A model generated the notes under the pieces. That model was given only the letters and a program-made list of their open reading frames with translations, did no database searches and had not been told where the DNA came from. 64,000 nucleotides of DNA from Felis catus (lineage: Eukaryota): assembly GCF_018350175.1 (NCBI RefSeq), contig NC_058368.1, forward strand, positions 68,822,001 to 68,886,000, read 5' to 3'. Below are positions 40,625-53,130 of this stretch, piece by piece. How positions within the stretch are numbered: position 1 is the first letter of the stretch; each line of letters opens with the position of its first letter. The position numbers and the translations under genes were made by a program.

Positions 40625-41505
40625 AAAACATTTAATGAGACCTGCCATGCAGCAGACACTTGCTGGGAGCATACACACATTAAGTGGGCTTCCTTACCCT
40701 CAAGGAGCTTGGAGTTTAGTGAGAGCAGCATTCCTTTCCGTGATGATGGAAATGCATAATGGGTCCCAGCGGGGAACGAAAGACTCGGGTGGCCAGTGCT
40801 CCCTCGGAAAAGACAGACGGGGCTTCAGAGATGAAAGGTATACTTTAATAAAACAGTATTCTGACTAGCGACTGCCACCTCACACTTGGATAACTGATCA
40901 AAATGCAAGCGTAGCTGTTACACGTAAAAAGCTCCTATTATTCAACATTCTTCCCACAAATGTTTTTAAAGGCCTGGCCCTGTGAGTGCCAGGGATACAG
41001 AGAGAAGAGCACAGAGCCTGCCCTCACGTGATGACCGCGTAGGGCGCGGTGTGTGGTCACAGAGACCCTTCCGATCGGATCCTGTTCCCAAGAGGCTTGA
41101 GCACTGGTCCTCCCTCTCCCACGGTTTCTCCTCAGAGTCTCTGAGGCTTTGGTGCTTTTGCCTCACATCTTCTTAGTCTTATGTCCCCGGACAGAACAGT
41201 GATTTTTCTGAATGTGTGAGTTTCTATATATATGCACAGCTGTATGCAACCACAAGAGAGAGAGTCTGTCGTACAATATAGAGAAATTCTCCCTCTCTTT
41301 TGTTCTAGTAAAAGAGCAGTTTGCAAAACTGATTGTAATTGGGAACCGAATGGGGGTGGGCGTGGGGAGGAGAGTAAATTGGTTACTTAATGCTGATGGA
41401 AAAGGAACTCTTCTAGTGAGCAAGTGAGGTCTTTCCTACCTTCCTCCTATGTGGAATCTGTCTTCCCATCCTCTTAGTGAAGATCTCATCCTATAAGAAG
41501 TGAAA

Positions 41506-41703
41506 GCCTGGGTGGCTCAGATGGTTAAGCATCTGACTCTTGATTTCAGCTCAGGTCATGACCTCATGGTTTCTGGGATTGAGCCCCACTTCGGGCTTGG
41601 GATGGCAGTGCGGAGCCTGCCTGGGATTCTCTCTCTCCCAATCTCTCTCTTTCTGCCCCCTCCTGTCTCTCAAAAATAAATAAAAAACTTAAAAAAAAAA
41701 AAA
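41506..41703 (+). mobile_element. Can-SINE lacking the first few 5' bases
   Basis: gcctgggtggctcagatggttaagc...(ct)n...aaaataaata + poly-A; TSD AAGAAGT(G/A)AAA at 41495-41505 and 41704-41714. Confidence 0.93.
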
Positions 41704-43995
41704 AAGAAGTAAAACTGTTTTCGTTGCAATCATTGTTTTAGGCCAGCCCCAATTTATCCTAATCGGTGTATTGACAGTTAGGCCCAAAGAACACAGTTTT
41801 TCCTCTGAGGACTGTGGTTGCAGGAGACAAAAACCCAACCGAAGTAGCTGAAATAAAAACTTTGGACTTTGTGCGGTGCCCCCCAAAGGGAGTAGAAGTA
41901 AAACAGAGATCAGGATGCCTGCATCCAGAAACTAGAAAAACAGTAGGTCTCTCTTTTTTTCTCTTTTCTGCCTCTCTTGGTGTATCAACTCTGTTTTCTA
42001 AGACCAAGTTCTCCAATGCAACATTGACCACGGCCAGACACCTATAGGGATACATTCTTATGTCTTTCCACAAGAGAGAAAACAGTATCTACTACAGCAG
42101 TTCTAATTAGAAAAACTAAAAAAGCAATGAAAGGTCATTTTGGGGGCTGTCTTCATGGTTAGAGTACGAGCGTGCTATGATTGGCTCAGCCTGGGTCACA
42201 ACAGCCATCTCTGGCCACTGGGGTAGGCGACGAGGTTCTGGGAGTATGAAAAAATTAGTCCCTCTATCTCAAATACCTGTTGATACAACAAGCCACTGGT
42301 AGTAATAGTGACCTTAGGGCTAAGCCCTGAATTTATCTGAGCCTTGACTGTATCTGGCTGTTTATTAGAAGCAGCAATTGTAATGTCCACTATCTATCTA
42401 TCTATCTATCTATACTTCAGTCACTGAAGGAACAATGCAGCCACTCTATGTCAATGGTAGGTGACTTGGGCTGGTGGGGATAAGAGAAGAAATAGGCATT
42501 TACACAAACACATCCTTCCTCAGCTTGGTATTTTAAAGTCAAGACTCCTTCTCTGTGTGCACTTCCGCGTGCCCTTCTGCGCATTTTCACATCACACTTA
42601 CCAAGATGCATAGAGGTATTGCAGTGGATGTCAGTATATGTAGTTACCGTATTTTCCCAGATAGTTATACTGTACCCAAATTTGGAGTTCTGATATTTCA
42701 GGGGATCTTGCAACATCGTCAAAGACAAGCCAAAGGAATGTAGTTTCAGAAGAAAAGCCAGCTTCTTTCTGACAATGACATGAAAATTATTGAGTCTGTC
42801 GTGTCTTTTTAGTTGAAGTGAGAGGCTCATGTGAACCCACTGAGATGCAGTTGGGTAAAGTCAAAGTATTCTTACTCTAGGAACAAGATTGCCCAACACA
42901 CGGGAAAAAAAAAACCCTCTTATTTTATTTCCTTACTTAAAAGAACAAATGAGAGTGATGATTGCAGTCAGAAGATCTTAATATTCCATTCACCTGGGCT
43001 CCATATCTGAACACAAAGAATTTCTGTAATGCAATTTGTATTATTGTCCAGGGATTTCCCCTTCTTTTGATTAATTGGACCCTGAAACACATTTAAAGCT
43101 TTGATTCCAGAAAAGGAGACATTTATTTCCTTTAGAGCCTTATTCTTTCATAATACGTCTTAAAACGTGGGCCTCATCCTCACCAGAATTTTTTTAAATG
43201 TGAAAACAAGGCAGACAGAGCGTCTCTCTGGTAATTTTCACACAAAGGGTATGTGATCTTTAAGCAAGCCGTCTTTCTTCACAATCCTACAACATGGGGC
43301 TACATGGGAGAGTCCTGTTTTGTGAAAGGAAACGGGGCCAGCTGCCGTCAGCTAGATAAGCTTCAACCGTTCAAGAAAACATGTACAGGAACTTTGAATT
43401 CCATCCTATTTGTCTACATCCCTTTCTTCCACAAGAAGGCAGCAGCTCTGATTATTGTCACCGGGGTTTTCTGACTCCTCAGAGTTGGTCTTCGCCCACA
43501 ATGCCTGGCACGGGCCCTTGGTTTGAGTGCCTTGACTCGCGGTTGAGTTGTTCTTTGATCCAGAGAAGGAAATATCTGGCTGGATGTACACAAACCTGCA
43601 GGTGGTCCAGAAAGGGCAGAGGGTCCAAAACGTTGTTGAGGCCAGCAGGAATGGATGCCAAGTGTCCGGCACATAGTAGAGGCCCAAATAAAGAACTTCT
43701 TTCTCTGCTTAGGTACCTAAGGAAGCTTCTAAGACCAGCCATGCTTGGTGATCTCTAAAGTCTAGTCTAAGCCTGAAGACCTTTCAATGTAGGTAAACAT
43801 ATGACAGCAGTCAAGTCATTCTTCTGCCTCAGAGTATCTCTGTGTTACAAAGCCATACTTTAACGTGGTTATTAATCCATACAGATTTTTTTAAGCTTTA
43901 TTCTACGCATGTGCTTCAAAGCATGAGGTGTGCAAGATACTAATATGTATGCCCAACCTTTGAAAACTTACTGTTTCCTTGACAAGACATGATAT

Positions 43996-44169
43996 GGGGC
44001 GCCTGGGTGGCTCAGTCGGTTAAGCGTCCGACTTTTGACTTTGGCTCAGGTCACGGTCTCACGGTTCGTGAGTTGGAACCTCACATCGGGCTCTGCGCTG
44101 ACAGTGCAGAGCCTGTCTGGGAGATGTTTTATTTATTTATAAATAAATATAAACTTAAAAAAAAAGGAA
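43996..44169 (+). mobile_element. Can-SINE with rearranged 3' part
   Basis: ggggcgcctgggtggctcagtcggttaagcg head; no CT tract; degenerate TSD aagacatgatat / aaggcacaatat. Confidence 0.92.
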
Positions 44170-46486
44170 AAGGCACAATATTTGTGTCTAGGAAAGATAA
44201 CTCACAGTATGCAGTGGGAAAAAAGGAGATGCTGGCCGGCTCAGTTTAGAGCTCTCAGTGTCCTCACATTCCTAGGTTCTTCTGATTTCTGTGGACATGA
44301 ACTTTCATCAGTCTAAGATCAGAAAAAAAAGAGCATTAACCTTCCAGGTGAGGATCCTAGGGAGACATGTTTATTATTTCTTCTTCTACTCGGAGACGTC
44401 ATTGAATGATGCTTTGTTCAATCAAAATTTCATTCATAAATGCCATCCTTTGGAGACATGATCACTCTTCCAGTTAGCATAGCAGACAAAATCAACCCAA
44501 CAGTAGACTTGCTTTGGAACTCCCAAGGACTGGAAAAGGGAAGAGAAGAACTGAGTCCAGAACGTTGAGACCAAACTGATTCTGAGTTTGTGTTCTCGGT
44601 GCACGTTGTGAGAACGGGCTGTGCAGCGTTATACAGTTAGCACAGACGAATTTAAGCTTAAAGAAATGCATTATCAAGCAGTGTCAAGACTCTGCAGCAA
44701 CTGAAGATCTTAAATAATGTGGTGTCATGGAAGTTACATAATGGGGAACTTCCGTCTGAAGAAAGAATATCCAGTACAAAGAAGCTTTCTTATTGTGAGG
44801 CTTTCTGGGTTTTAAAAATGTTGTAATTCTACTTCCAGAACACTCATTTTATATTATTTGATGGCCTCTATTAAGACTGCCTTCCCAAACATTTCTCTGT
44901 TGGACATTCTAAATCTCTTCTCTGCCTTCAATCCTTTCCTCACCCACTTTCTTTCTGCCTACCTTGCCCGTCTTTACCTCCTGGCACCTCTATACTTTTG
45001 ATCTCGAATCATCAAATGATGATGAAAAGACCTCTATCTGCAGAGGAAAATATCATTAACTGTTTCCCATTTTGAGAGCTTAGTAGTACCTCATATTATT
45101 GCAAATGCCATGGTTCCAGCTCAGAACTTTAGAATATCAACGTTTTGTATTGATTACACAAACCTTAGGGATTTACCTATTGTGCTACCCATTGAAAAAG
45201 GGGTATTTCATTTTTTATTTGCATTGGAGCTACTCCTTTTATTTTATTTTTATTTTCACAGAATTCCATCATAGAATTTTCCATTTTTTACAGCAATGAT
45301 CCAGGAATAGGAACATTTTTTCACCGTGGTCTAAATCGATCAATATTTGTTATTATTTCAGCTGCTTAAATGAGACAGTCTGCCCCCAAATATGGTTATA
45401 AGTTAAAAATATTATTTTACATCTAATATTTCAAGCAGTCCTTGGCTATTTTTTTTTTAGCTGTTTGCTCTTTTTAGCTGTTGTAACTTGTTCTAGCCAC
45501 GAGTTCCACTTCTCATTAACTGGGTTGGTCACTGATTATAGCTGAAATTACAAATAGAATTATTAAATAGAGATTATTCTGATACCTGAGAGCACTAAAT
45601 ACCTTTTTAAAGGGTATTTTCTTAGCATAATCCGGTAAGTTGTTTGAGATAAATTGAATTATAATTTCAAATGTAGTGGAAAACACAGAATGGATGATAA
45701 GTTAGTCATTAGAAACAGTACAATGGGATGAGAGTGGGAAATTTGACAAACTTACTACTCAAATTCAAAACTTGTTAAGTTTGGAACCTTATTCCGTGTT
45801 GCCAGATCCATGCTAGCAGAGTGAAGAGAAGAATTGAGACAATTATCCACATGATTCAGACAAAAAATTAAGATCCAAACCCAAACAGTTTTGCCCAAAT
45901 AATCTTGTGTTTGAATATTTTTTTGCCTGAATTTTTTGTCTCAGTTTGCCACTTCATTTTGTTAGGCTAGATCTTCATTGACAATTATTTTTCTGAACGT
46001 TAAAGATAATATCTTTTTTTCACTTGGATCTTCCACTTAGTACATTCGTTATTTTACGTTTGAAAACTAACTTATCAGAAGTTCATCAATCCTATGGCCC
46101 TTGAAAGTTTTGCATTTTTTTTCTGAAGCAATATAAAAAATGCTTATGGTGTGTATGCAAGCTGCTGTTTTAATTAACTTTCCTGAATTTCAAACATCTA
46201 TATTTTACTCTCTTATATGCTTTTAACTAAGGTATAGTAGATGCATTTTTGCTTCAATACTAATTTAAGGTGTAATATTCATTTCTTTAGAGAACATTTT
46301 TGTTGTTGTGCATGCCTAGTGTTTTGTACGTTGTATATTGCATTCAGAATATTTTTTTCCTTCTCACCTATCCACAATGCAATGCCGTTCCCATGATGCA
46401 CCTCTGCTTGCTGTTTACCTGTATGTTAATTCGCTTGAATCCCATTGGCCCACTGCCATCATGTGCTCGCTGCCTGTTATTAAAAG

Positions 46487-46540
46487 ACTCAGTCGACTGC
46501 CAAAGCAATGAAGCGACCTCTCGAAGCATCTGTAGACCTG
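46487..46540 (+). CDS. MBNL2: MBNL2 54-nt alternative cassette exon (nuclear-localisation exon)
   Basis: ttaaaag|ACT...GACCTG|gtactt; TQSTAKAMKRPLEASVDL, equivalent to the 54-nt MBNL1/2 exon; phase 0/0. Confidence 0.95.
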
Positions 46541-46914
46541 GTACTTTGACCTTTCACCTTTCGCTTTGCATGTAGCTTTTCAGAGAACCATCTGAGATTT
46601 GTATTACTTGTAAAAATTGGTTGCAAATGATCATTATTATTAATTAATGGAAAAAAAATAAGGTGTTTAGCCATCTCATTTTCATACGTAATATGTGAAA
46701 TAAATTAATCCTAACAAATTTTAATACCTTTTCCAAAAGAGTGAAGCAAATTTAAATTACTTGCCTCGGAAAAATGCGCATTATAATTCTTATTAACCTT
46801 TAAATCCAAGAAATTGCCGTTTAGTTAACGAAGAGAATAGGTATTAATAATAACACAAATGCTTCTTTCCCCCCTTAGAATAGTTTAACTCGTTTTAAAA
46901 GCTGAAGTCATTTT

Positions 46915-46939
46915 TTATTTTTTTATTATTATTATTTAC

Positions 46940-46994
<55 letters not shown>

Positions 46995-46998
46995 TTTT
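46915..46998 (+). repeat. (TTTA)n microsatellite
   Basis: Visible run between the 54-nt and 154-nt exons. Confidence 0.92.
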
Positions 46999-47247
46999 GG
47001 TGTTGCTTGATAGTTTTTCTTTTCCTTAGTTGAGATGCTACCGTTTTGGGTTACAGAAATCATGCTTCCGCTCTCAATAACAAATTCTCACTCATTCGAC
47101 ATTGCCGCTGTTTAAATTAAGGTGCATGGCAGAGGCATCTCCTTAGCTGTCATTTTGAAAGAGAATGTTGGACTTGATGATCTCTGTGGACACGGAAGGT
47201 GTGGTTACTTTGAGTTATACATGTCCTATCCGATTCTTTCCTCATAG

Positions 47248-47401
47248 GCCTTTCCCCCCGGTGCTCTTCATCCTTTACCAAAGAGACAAGCACTTGAAAA
47301 AAACAACGGTGCCAGCACGGTGTTCAATCCCAGCGTGCTGCACTACCAGCAGGCTCTCACCAGCGCCCAGCTGCAGCAACACACGGCGTTTATTCCAACA
47401 G
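47248..47401 (+). CDS. MBNL2: MBNL2 internal coding exon, 154 nt
   Basis: ttcctcatag|GCC...ACAG|gtacgt; [51 protein letters not shown]; phase 0/1. Confidence 0.97.
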
Positions 47402-48039
47402 GTACGTGCCCTGACAGCTCCAAGTCCCGTGTCCGTGTGCCCTTCCGGTCATGTGCTTTCTCCTCATCCCTCAAAGCTGTTCGGTGGCATCTAGTTTGCT
47501 TGTAAAGGTACAGTCAGTACAGCCTGAAGCTCATCATTGTCCTAGCTAGCTAGATACGTTTACTTTGCTTGGATGATAGCGAAAGACTGTCAGGTTTCTA
47601 AAGCCAAATATTTTAGAGAGTTGAGTGACAGACTGAACCCATGAGACGCAAAGAGCGGTCAGTTAGGCCTCTTGGTTTCTTGTATCTGCACATGCTGTGT
47701 AAAATTGTTTATGTCAGTAGGGCCTTTTTATGTGTGACAGTTCAGATTTGTCATTAACCCTGAATGACCTAAAAATAGCAATTCCAGTAAATACTAACCT
47801 TTTTTTTCTCCCTATTCCTATTCAGAGCACTAAACAAAAAACCAAGGCTGTTCAAATTAAAGCGATCTTCTTCTCATATTTTACATCCATTCTCTCTCTT
47901 TCTCCATCGTTCTCAGCTTCACCAAGTGCACAAATAGATAGGGCTCTTACTCGCAGTTTCTGAGCCAATGCCTGATAGTCTTAGCTGCTCAGGTCCATTA
48001 ACTGTATCATTCCACTAAAAGATGAATTCTATTAATCAC

Positions 48040-48185
48040 AGAATCTCGAAGTTTAAAGGATTCTTAGTGATCTCCTCATCCAGTCGATCGTTTTACAGAT
48101 GAGAAAACTGAGGCCCCCTAAATGTGAGGTGACTTCCCAAGGTGGCACAGCTAATGAGACAAGGACCCAGCACCTAGCTTCCCCG
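48040..48185 (-). mobile_element. MIR SINE
   Basis: ttttacagatgagaaaactgaggcccc...gtgacttcccaaggtggcacagcta. Confidence 0.78.
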
Positions 48186-49483
48186 TGACCGGTCCGACGT
48201 ACCGGGACATGACACCACCCGGCTTCCGTATGTGGAGTCACAGAGTTCTCCCTTACAGCTCGGCAGACATAAAACATCAGATAAAAGTGAAGAAGCAGAA
48301 GTGCGAAGCATGTCAACCCTCCTCCTTTTTGTACCCACCTCCCTGACCCCAGACCTACACACACCATATACGAACACAAAGTCATCATATATTGACCATG
48401 GTATTGACTTTTTAGTCTGTGTTAGAAGCAGGGATAATGTCCTCAAAATAAATAAAGTCTCCTCCTACTGTTTAAAAAAAAAAAAAAAAACGAAGAAGAA
48501 GAATCAGAGAGTAACTTAGGCTTTTGTGAGAAGACGGTCCATTGAGTTCTTAGTTCGGAAGTCAAAATTTTCATCCCATGATAGTGACTTGAAGGTAAAT
48601 ATAGATGAACAACAGTTTTTATCCAAAAGAGCTTGTTGGTCCTAATCCACATGGTTGGACTTTTTGGGTTTATTTTCCATTTCTTTAAATCCTGTAGCAT
48701 ATCAGGAATTAACGTGGGAGGGAGTAGAATCGCTATTTCTGTGGTATTCTTTGTGTAAAAGTTACACTTTGAAATGAATTGTCAACTTTTTAACAATATT
48801 TATTACAGTAAAGATGTAAGTTATGTGAGGAAAATGGTTCTTAGTGTTTAGTTTTCCTATTTTACTTCCGCTTTTCTCTTAAGTAGATTCATAGACCTGT
48901 GGAGTGAGTTTCTATATCAGTACTTATTGGGACTTATTGTACTTAAGGTTCTATCACAACCTTAACTAGTGACATTTCAGTGCAGGGATAGCACAGCAGG
49001 ACTTGTCATTGTAATCCACTAGATATAACATGTTTGTAAAATAATAACTAGTAGGTAAACTTACCTCGAGGTCTCGTAGGATTTCTAGAAGCGTCTTATT
49101 TTATAGACCTCGTCACTAGATATTTGAAGAGAAAAAAATCAGGGAAGAATGTACAGAGGGGTAAAACATAAAAGGACAAGTCTGTTTCTGGAGACTGGGT
49201 AATAATTTCAGAACAATTTCCTGAGAATGCCTTTGAAACCCTGGAACTTAGTCGTGTAAAAATGTGAAGGCCTCTTAACTCATATTTAACACTTCAATCC
49301 AATAATGACTGCTCTATTAAATCACTGAAAGAACCCTCACTTAAAAATGTTTCACCTGGAAACCATTTAAAGACTTCCAAAGCAAGAATGGATAACATCC
49401 TTTATGCAGTGACCTGATTATTGCTGATGAAATGATTATATCGAGGAGCGATAGGCTGTACTGGTTGCTGTGCTTGAGTACTT

Positions 49484-49497
49484 CTGCCCCCTGCTGG
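49484..49497 (-). promoter_or_regulatory. Candidate CTCF binding site
   Basis: Minus strand CCAGCAGGGGGCAG matches the CTCF core consensus; occupancy unknown. Confidence 0.5.
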
Positions 49498-50122
49498 ATT
49501 GTTTAAAAACTGTCCGTGTGTCCGGCAACCCTCAATTGTGTGCACTTTGGGAGCCGAAAAGTGGGTCCTAGCCCACTTAATTCTGTGAATTACAAGTGTT
49601 TCCATCTGTAACATGATATCAATATCATAGTGAACAACCATGTGGCTCTCGTGCTCTGAAATGGTATATCAACTTCTAAGAAGTTTTCACATGTTTTTCT
49701 TAAATGATGAAAGAGAAAATAATTTTCTCAAAAGGCAGTTAGTGTAATCTTTCCCCACTTAAACCCAGAACAGAAATTTTAGTGTTTATCTTGGCTCTAG
49801 CTTTTATTTCAGGCTTTCTTTCTCATAAACCACATTTTCAACTTAATTTTAAAATGGTAATGATAATGATCATTGTTAATCACTGTTGTCTTAAACGTCT
49901 GCAAATTAAGTGATGATGTTCAAAAATAAGTTTTGTAACTTGGCAGATGGGTGGGCCCATTATTTTTAACATGACAGATTTTGATTTTTCTATAAATACT
50001 TTATATTAATATCTATCCAATATGAAACAAAAAGCATTTCGTGTTCTCCTGGAGGCCACCCTTTACCGAAAAGTCATTCATAGTGGAATTTTGGGGGTTG
50101 TTTTTTTTTAAGATCCCTAACT

Positions 50123-50268
50123 TTTATTTCTTTTTTTTTTCCCCCACTGAGGTATCATTGACATGGAACACTATATCAGTTTCAGGTGTACAACATAATG
50201 ATCTGATATTTGTATACACTGTGAAATGATCACCACAGTATGTCTACCTACCATCTGTCACCCATAGT
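50123..50268 (-). mobile_element. L1 3'-end fragment
   Basis: Poly-T then gtttcaggtgtacaacataatgat...atacactgtgaaatgatcaccac. Confidence 0.75.
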
Positions 50269-51089
50269 GAGGTTTTTGATATGTTACTAGAACTCTCCCA
50301 ATGACACAGTATGAATTTGGATTTTAGGAATTCTTCCTCCAGACTGTGGAGATAGTAATGTAAAATATCATGCAAAATATGGGATTCCTCTCCCAAACCA
50401 TGCTAACATAATTATCACCTTGGTTGGTGCCCTAGCACGTTTGTGGTGGGTAGGACTTTTCCTTTTCTCCCTTTTTTTTTTTTTTTGATAGGGATTATTT
50501 TAATCTAGGAGCTATACTTTTTCTTTGCTATGTTAGGAAAGCAGCAAAAACCACACACACTTACAAAAATAGCAGGGTAATAATTCTTGGCATTTCTCTG
50601 ACAGGTTTATTCTGAGTTACTCTAAGTGTTCTTATAGGCATTTTCTCATTATTCTTCAAGATCATTCTGGCAGCAGCAGGCGTAATTATTGGCATTTTGC
50701 AGATGGAAAAACCGAGGCTGTGTCTATGCTGCAAAGTGGAAAATATAATTAATGGAAATATCCAGAGAACCCTAACTCACAGATTCTAGAGTTGGAATAT
50801 TTCTGCAACCAAAGCAGAGAATAGTTGAGAAGTCTTTGTTGAGAGAGTTAGTGCCTTCGTGAAATGCCTCAGCCGGTCAGAACAAAACGACCCACCGACT
50901 CTTTCCTTGATGTATTTCATTGTACTGGATGTACAGAATAACCAGAACAAGGAAAAGTGTTAGCACAAATATTGCCTAATGATCAGAAACCATAATGTTA
51001 TGTAAGGTTATCACACACCTTGGTGAAAGATTTGTCAGCATTCAGTGGAAACTGTATCTGTACCACCACAGCAGAATCTATTTGTCCCA

Positions 51090-53130
51090 CTTAATTCAGT
51101 TCTTGAACACATAGTAAGTTCTGGGTTCCAGATCCAGTAACGAGAATACAACGAAGAGGCAAAAATCAATACAATGCAGAGCGTTAAGGGCCCCTTGGGG
51201 CATGAGCAAAGCTATTTGAGAGGGCAGCAAGAGGCAATGCATTAGGGCCATCAGCATATGCAGTGGGTGGTGGTGACAAAGGATCCTGAGAAGGAAAGAA
51301 CTCTCCAAAGGAGAAGAAATTTGCTCAGGACTTTGAAAGGAACGTTTTCCCAGCGGAGGAAGAGCATCCCAGGCAGGGGAGACAGCCTAGGTTGGGGAGA
51401 GCATATTCGAGGAAGAGCAAGTTATCCGTTTTAGCTGCAGCATAAAGTATTTAAGGGGCAGGAGGAGGGTGCAAGGGCGGAAAAGAAGAGGAGAACCAGA
51501 ATCTGGCACTGAGTAAGACAGCCACGCAGAGCAAAAGCTATTTGTTCCCAATATTCATATCGTTTGTAGAGCACACAGAGAGAAAGAGAGGCTCATGAAA
51601 TTAATTTGGTTGAGCATTTCAACCACATCCTGAACTGAAGCTGAAGTGACACATTCGATCCCGGCTCAGTGTGGCTGCTGGAGCTGCTGTAGATGGTTTT
51701 CAACCCAGTGACATTCGCATCCGTGACACAAGAAAGCCCTCCAAGAAAACCCCTCCACATGGGAATGCAACAGAATTTTTATGGGCCTAACTTTGAATCC
51801 AGCCATGGTTCACTCTGAAATGAAATCATTTACAAAGTGGGTACATACATTTTAGGAAAAGGTCGATCCCACTGCACTCACTAATGGCAGAGAACACCCA
51901 TTCAACCGACCGTCCACCTACCGTGTGCCCCAAAGACCTAGACAGACAATGAACGCTGCCCTCCCAGAGTTAACAGCAGAGGAGGAGAGATGGATCTTCA
52001 AGAAATGCCCATATAAATATGTAACTTAAATGTTTTATAAATCCTATGAATGAAAAAGTAGAGTTCAATACGCTTGAAAATAGAAAACTGATTTAAATGG
52101 CATGTGGAGGTAGGTAAAAGAGCAATTGAACAGTTTTCTAAAGAAGTGACATGTGCCTTGAGACCTGGAAGATGAAAAGAGTAGGGCGAAGATAATTCCA
52201 GGCAGAGGGGACAGCTTGTGGGAAGCCCAAAAGTAGGACAAAAGTGCGATGTGTTCGGTTCAAAGAAATGATAGACTAATCTGCCCGGGTCACAGTGCCA
52301 GCCTCCAGAGAGGGGTATAGAACAAGCCAGGGAGATAGACACTGGACCCTAGGGGACCTTTATCCTAAAAGCAATGAGAAGGCAGTGAATTGTTTCCAGC
52401 GGAGAAGCGAACAGACCTGTATTTAGAAAGGTTTACTCTGACAGCAGAGTGCAGACTGGATTAGGCAGGAGACAGGAAGGCAAGCAGGAAGACCAGTGAG
52501 GACATCATTACAGGGCCAAGCCTGGAGACAATGGCGATCAGGACCGGAGAAGTGGCAGTAAGGATGCACAGACGGACAAATGCAAGATGCATTTTAGAAG
52601 CAGGATTGCTTTGGCTTTTGGGTGAGCCGGAGCAGGGAATTTCAAGAGGGAAGGCAGATGCATAAATGTGGAAGCCTTGAGCTCATAGACAGTATTTAAA
52701 TCCCGGGTTGAATGGTTATCATGAATTGAATGATGCCTGGAAAAAGCATAGAGTAGGTGAAAAGGAGCCAGAAGTGAGTCCTGAAAAACTCCAGCACATA
52801 GAGATATAGAGTATGTGTGTGTGTGTGTGTGTGCGTGCACATGTGTGTCTGGGTTATCAGAAAATCCAAGGGAAAAGACTAGTTTATTATGGAGGGAGGG
52901 GCTGAGTGCCAAATGTTACCAAGACTCAGGAAGTCAGATGAAAGTGGAAGAGTTCCTACTGATTGCACAAATACAGAGTTCTTGGTGACATTAGCAGTTG
53001 GAGGGAAGACATGAAAATGAAAGCCAAAGTGGAAAAGATTGAAGAATATGTGGGGTCGAGGAAGTGAAAATTATTGTGCAGGTAACTTTTCAGAAGTTCG
53101 GTTATGAAGATTAGAAAGATAGGGTGAGAG
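51090..53130 (-). mobile_element. Degraded antisense L2 fragments, with an embedded (TG)n near 52815
   Basis: tcctaaaagcaatgagaaggcagtgaattg, tttagaaaggtttactctgacagcag, ttggtgacattag; boundaries approximate and not continuous. Confidence 0.55.

Noticed and set aside
51653..51668. ttcgatcccggctc resembling a tRNA T-loop
   Set aside because: Too short, with no stem, A box or TSD; consistent with chance
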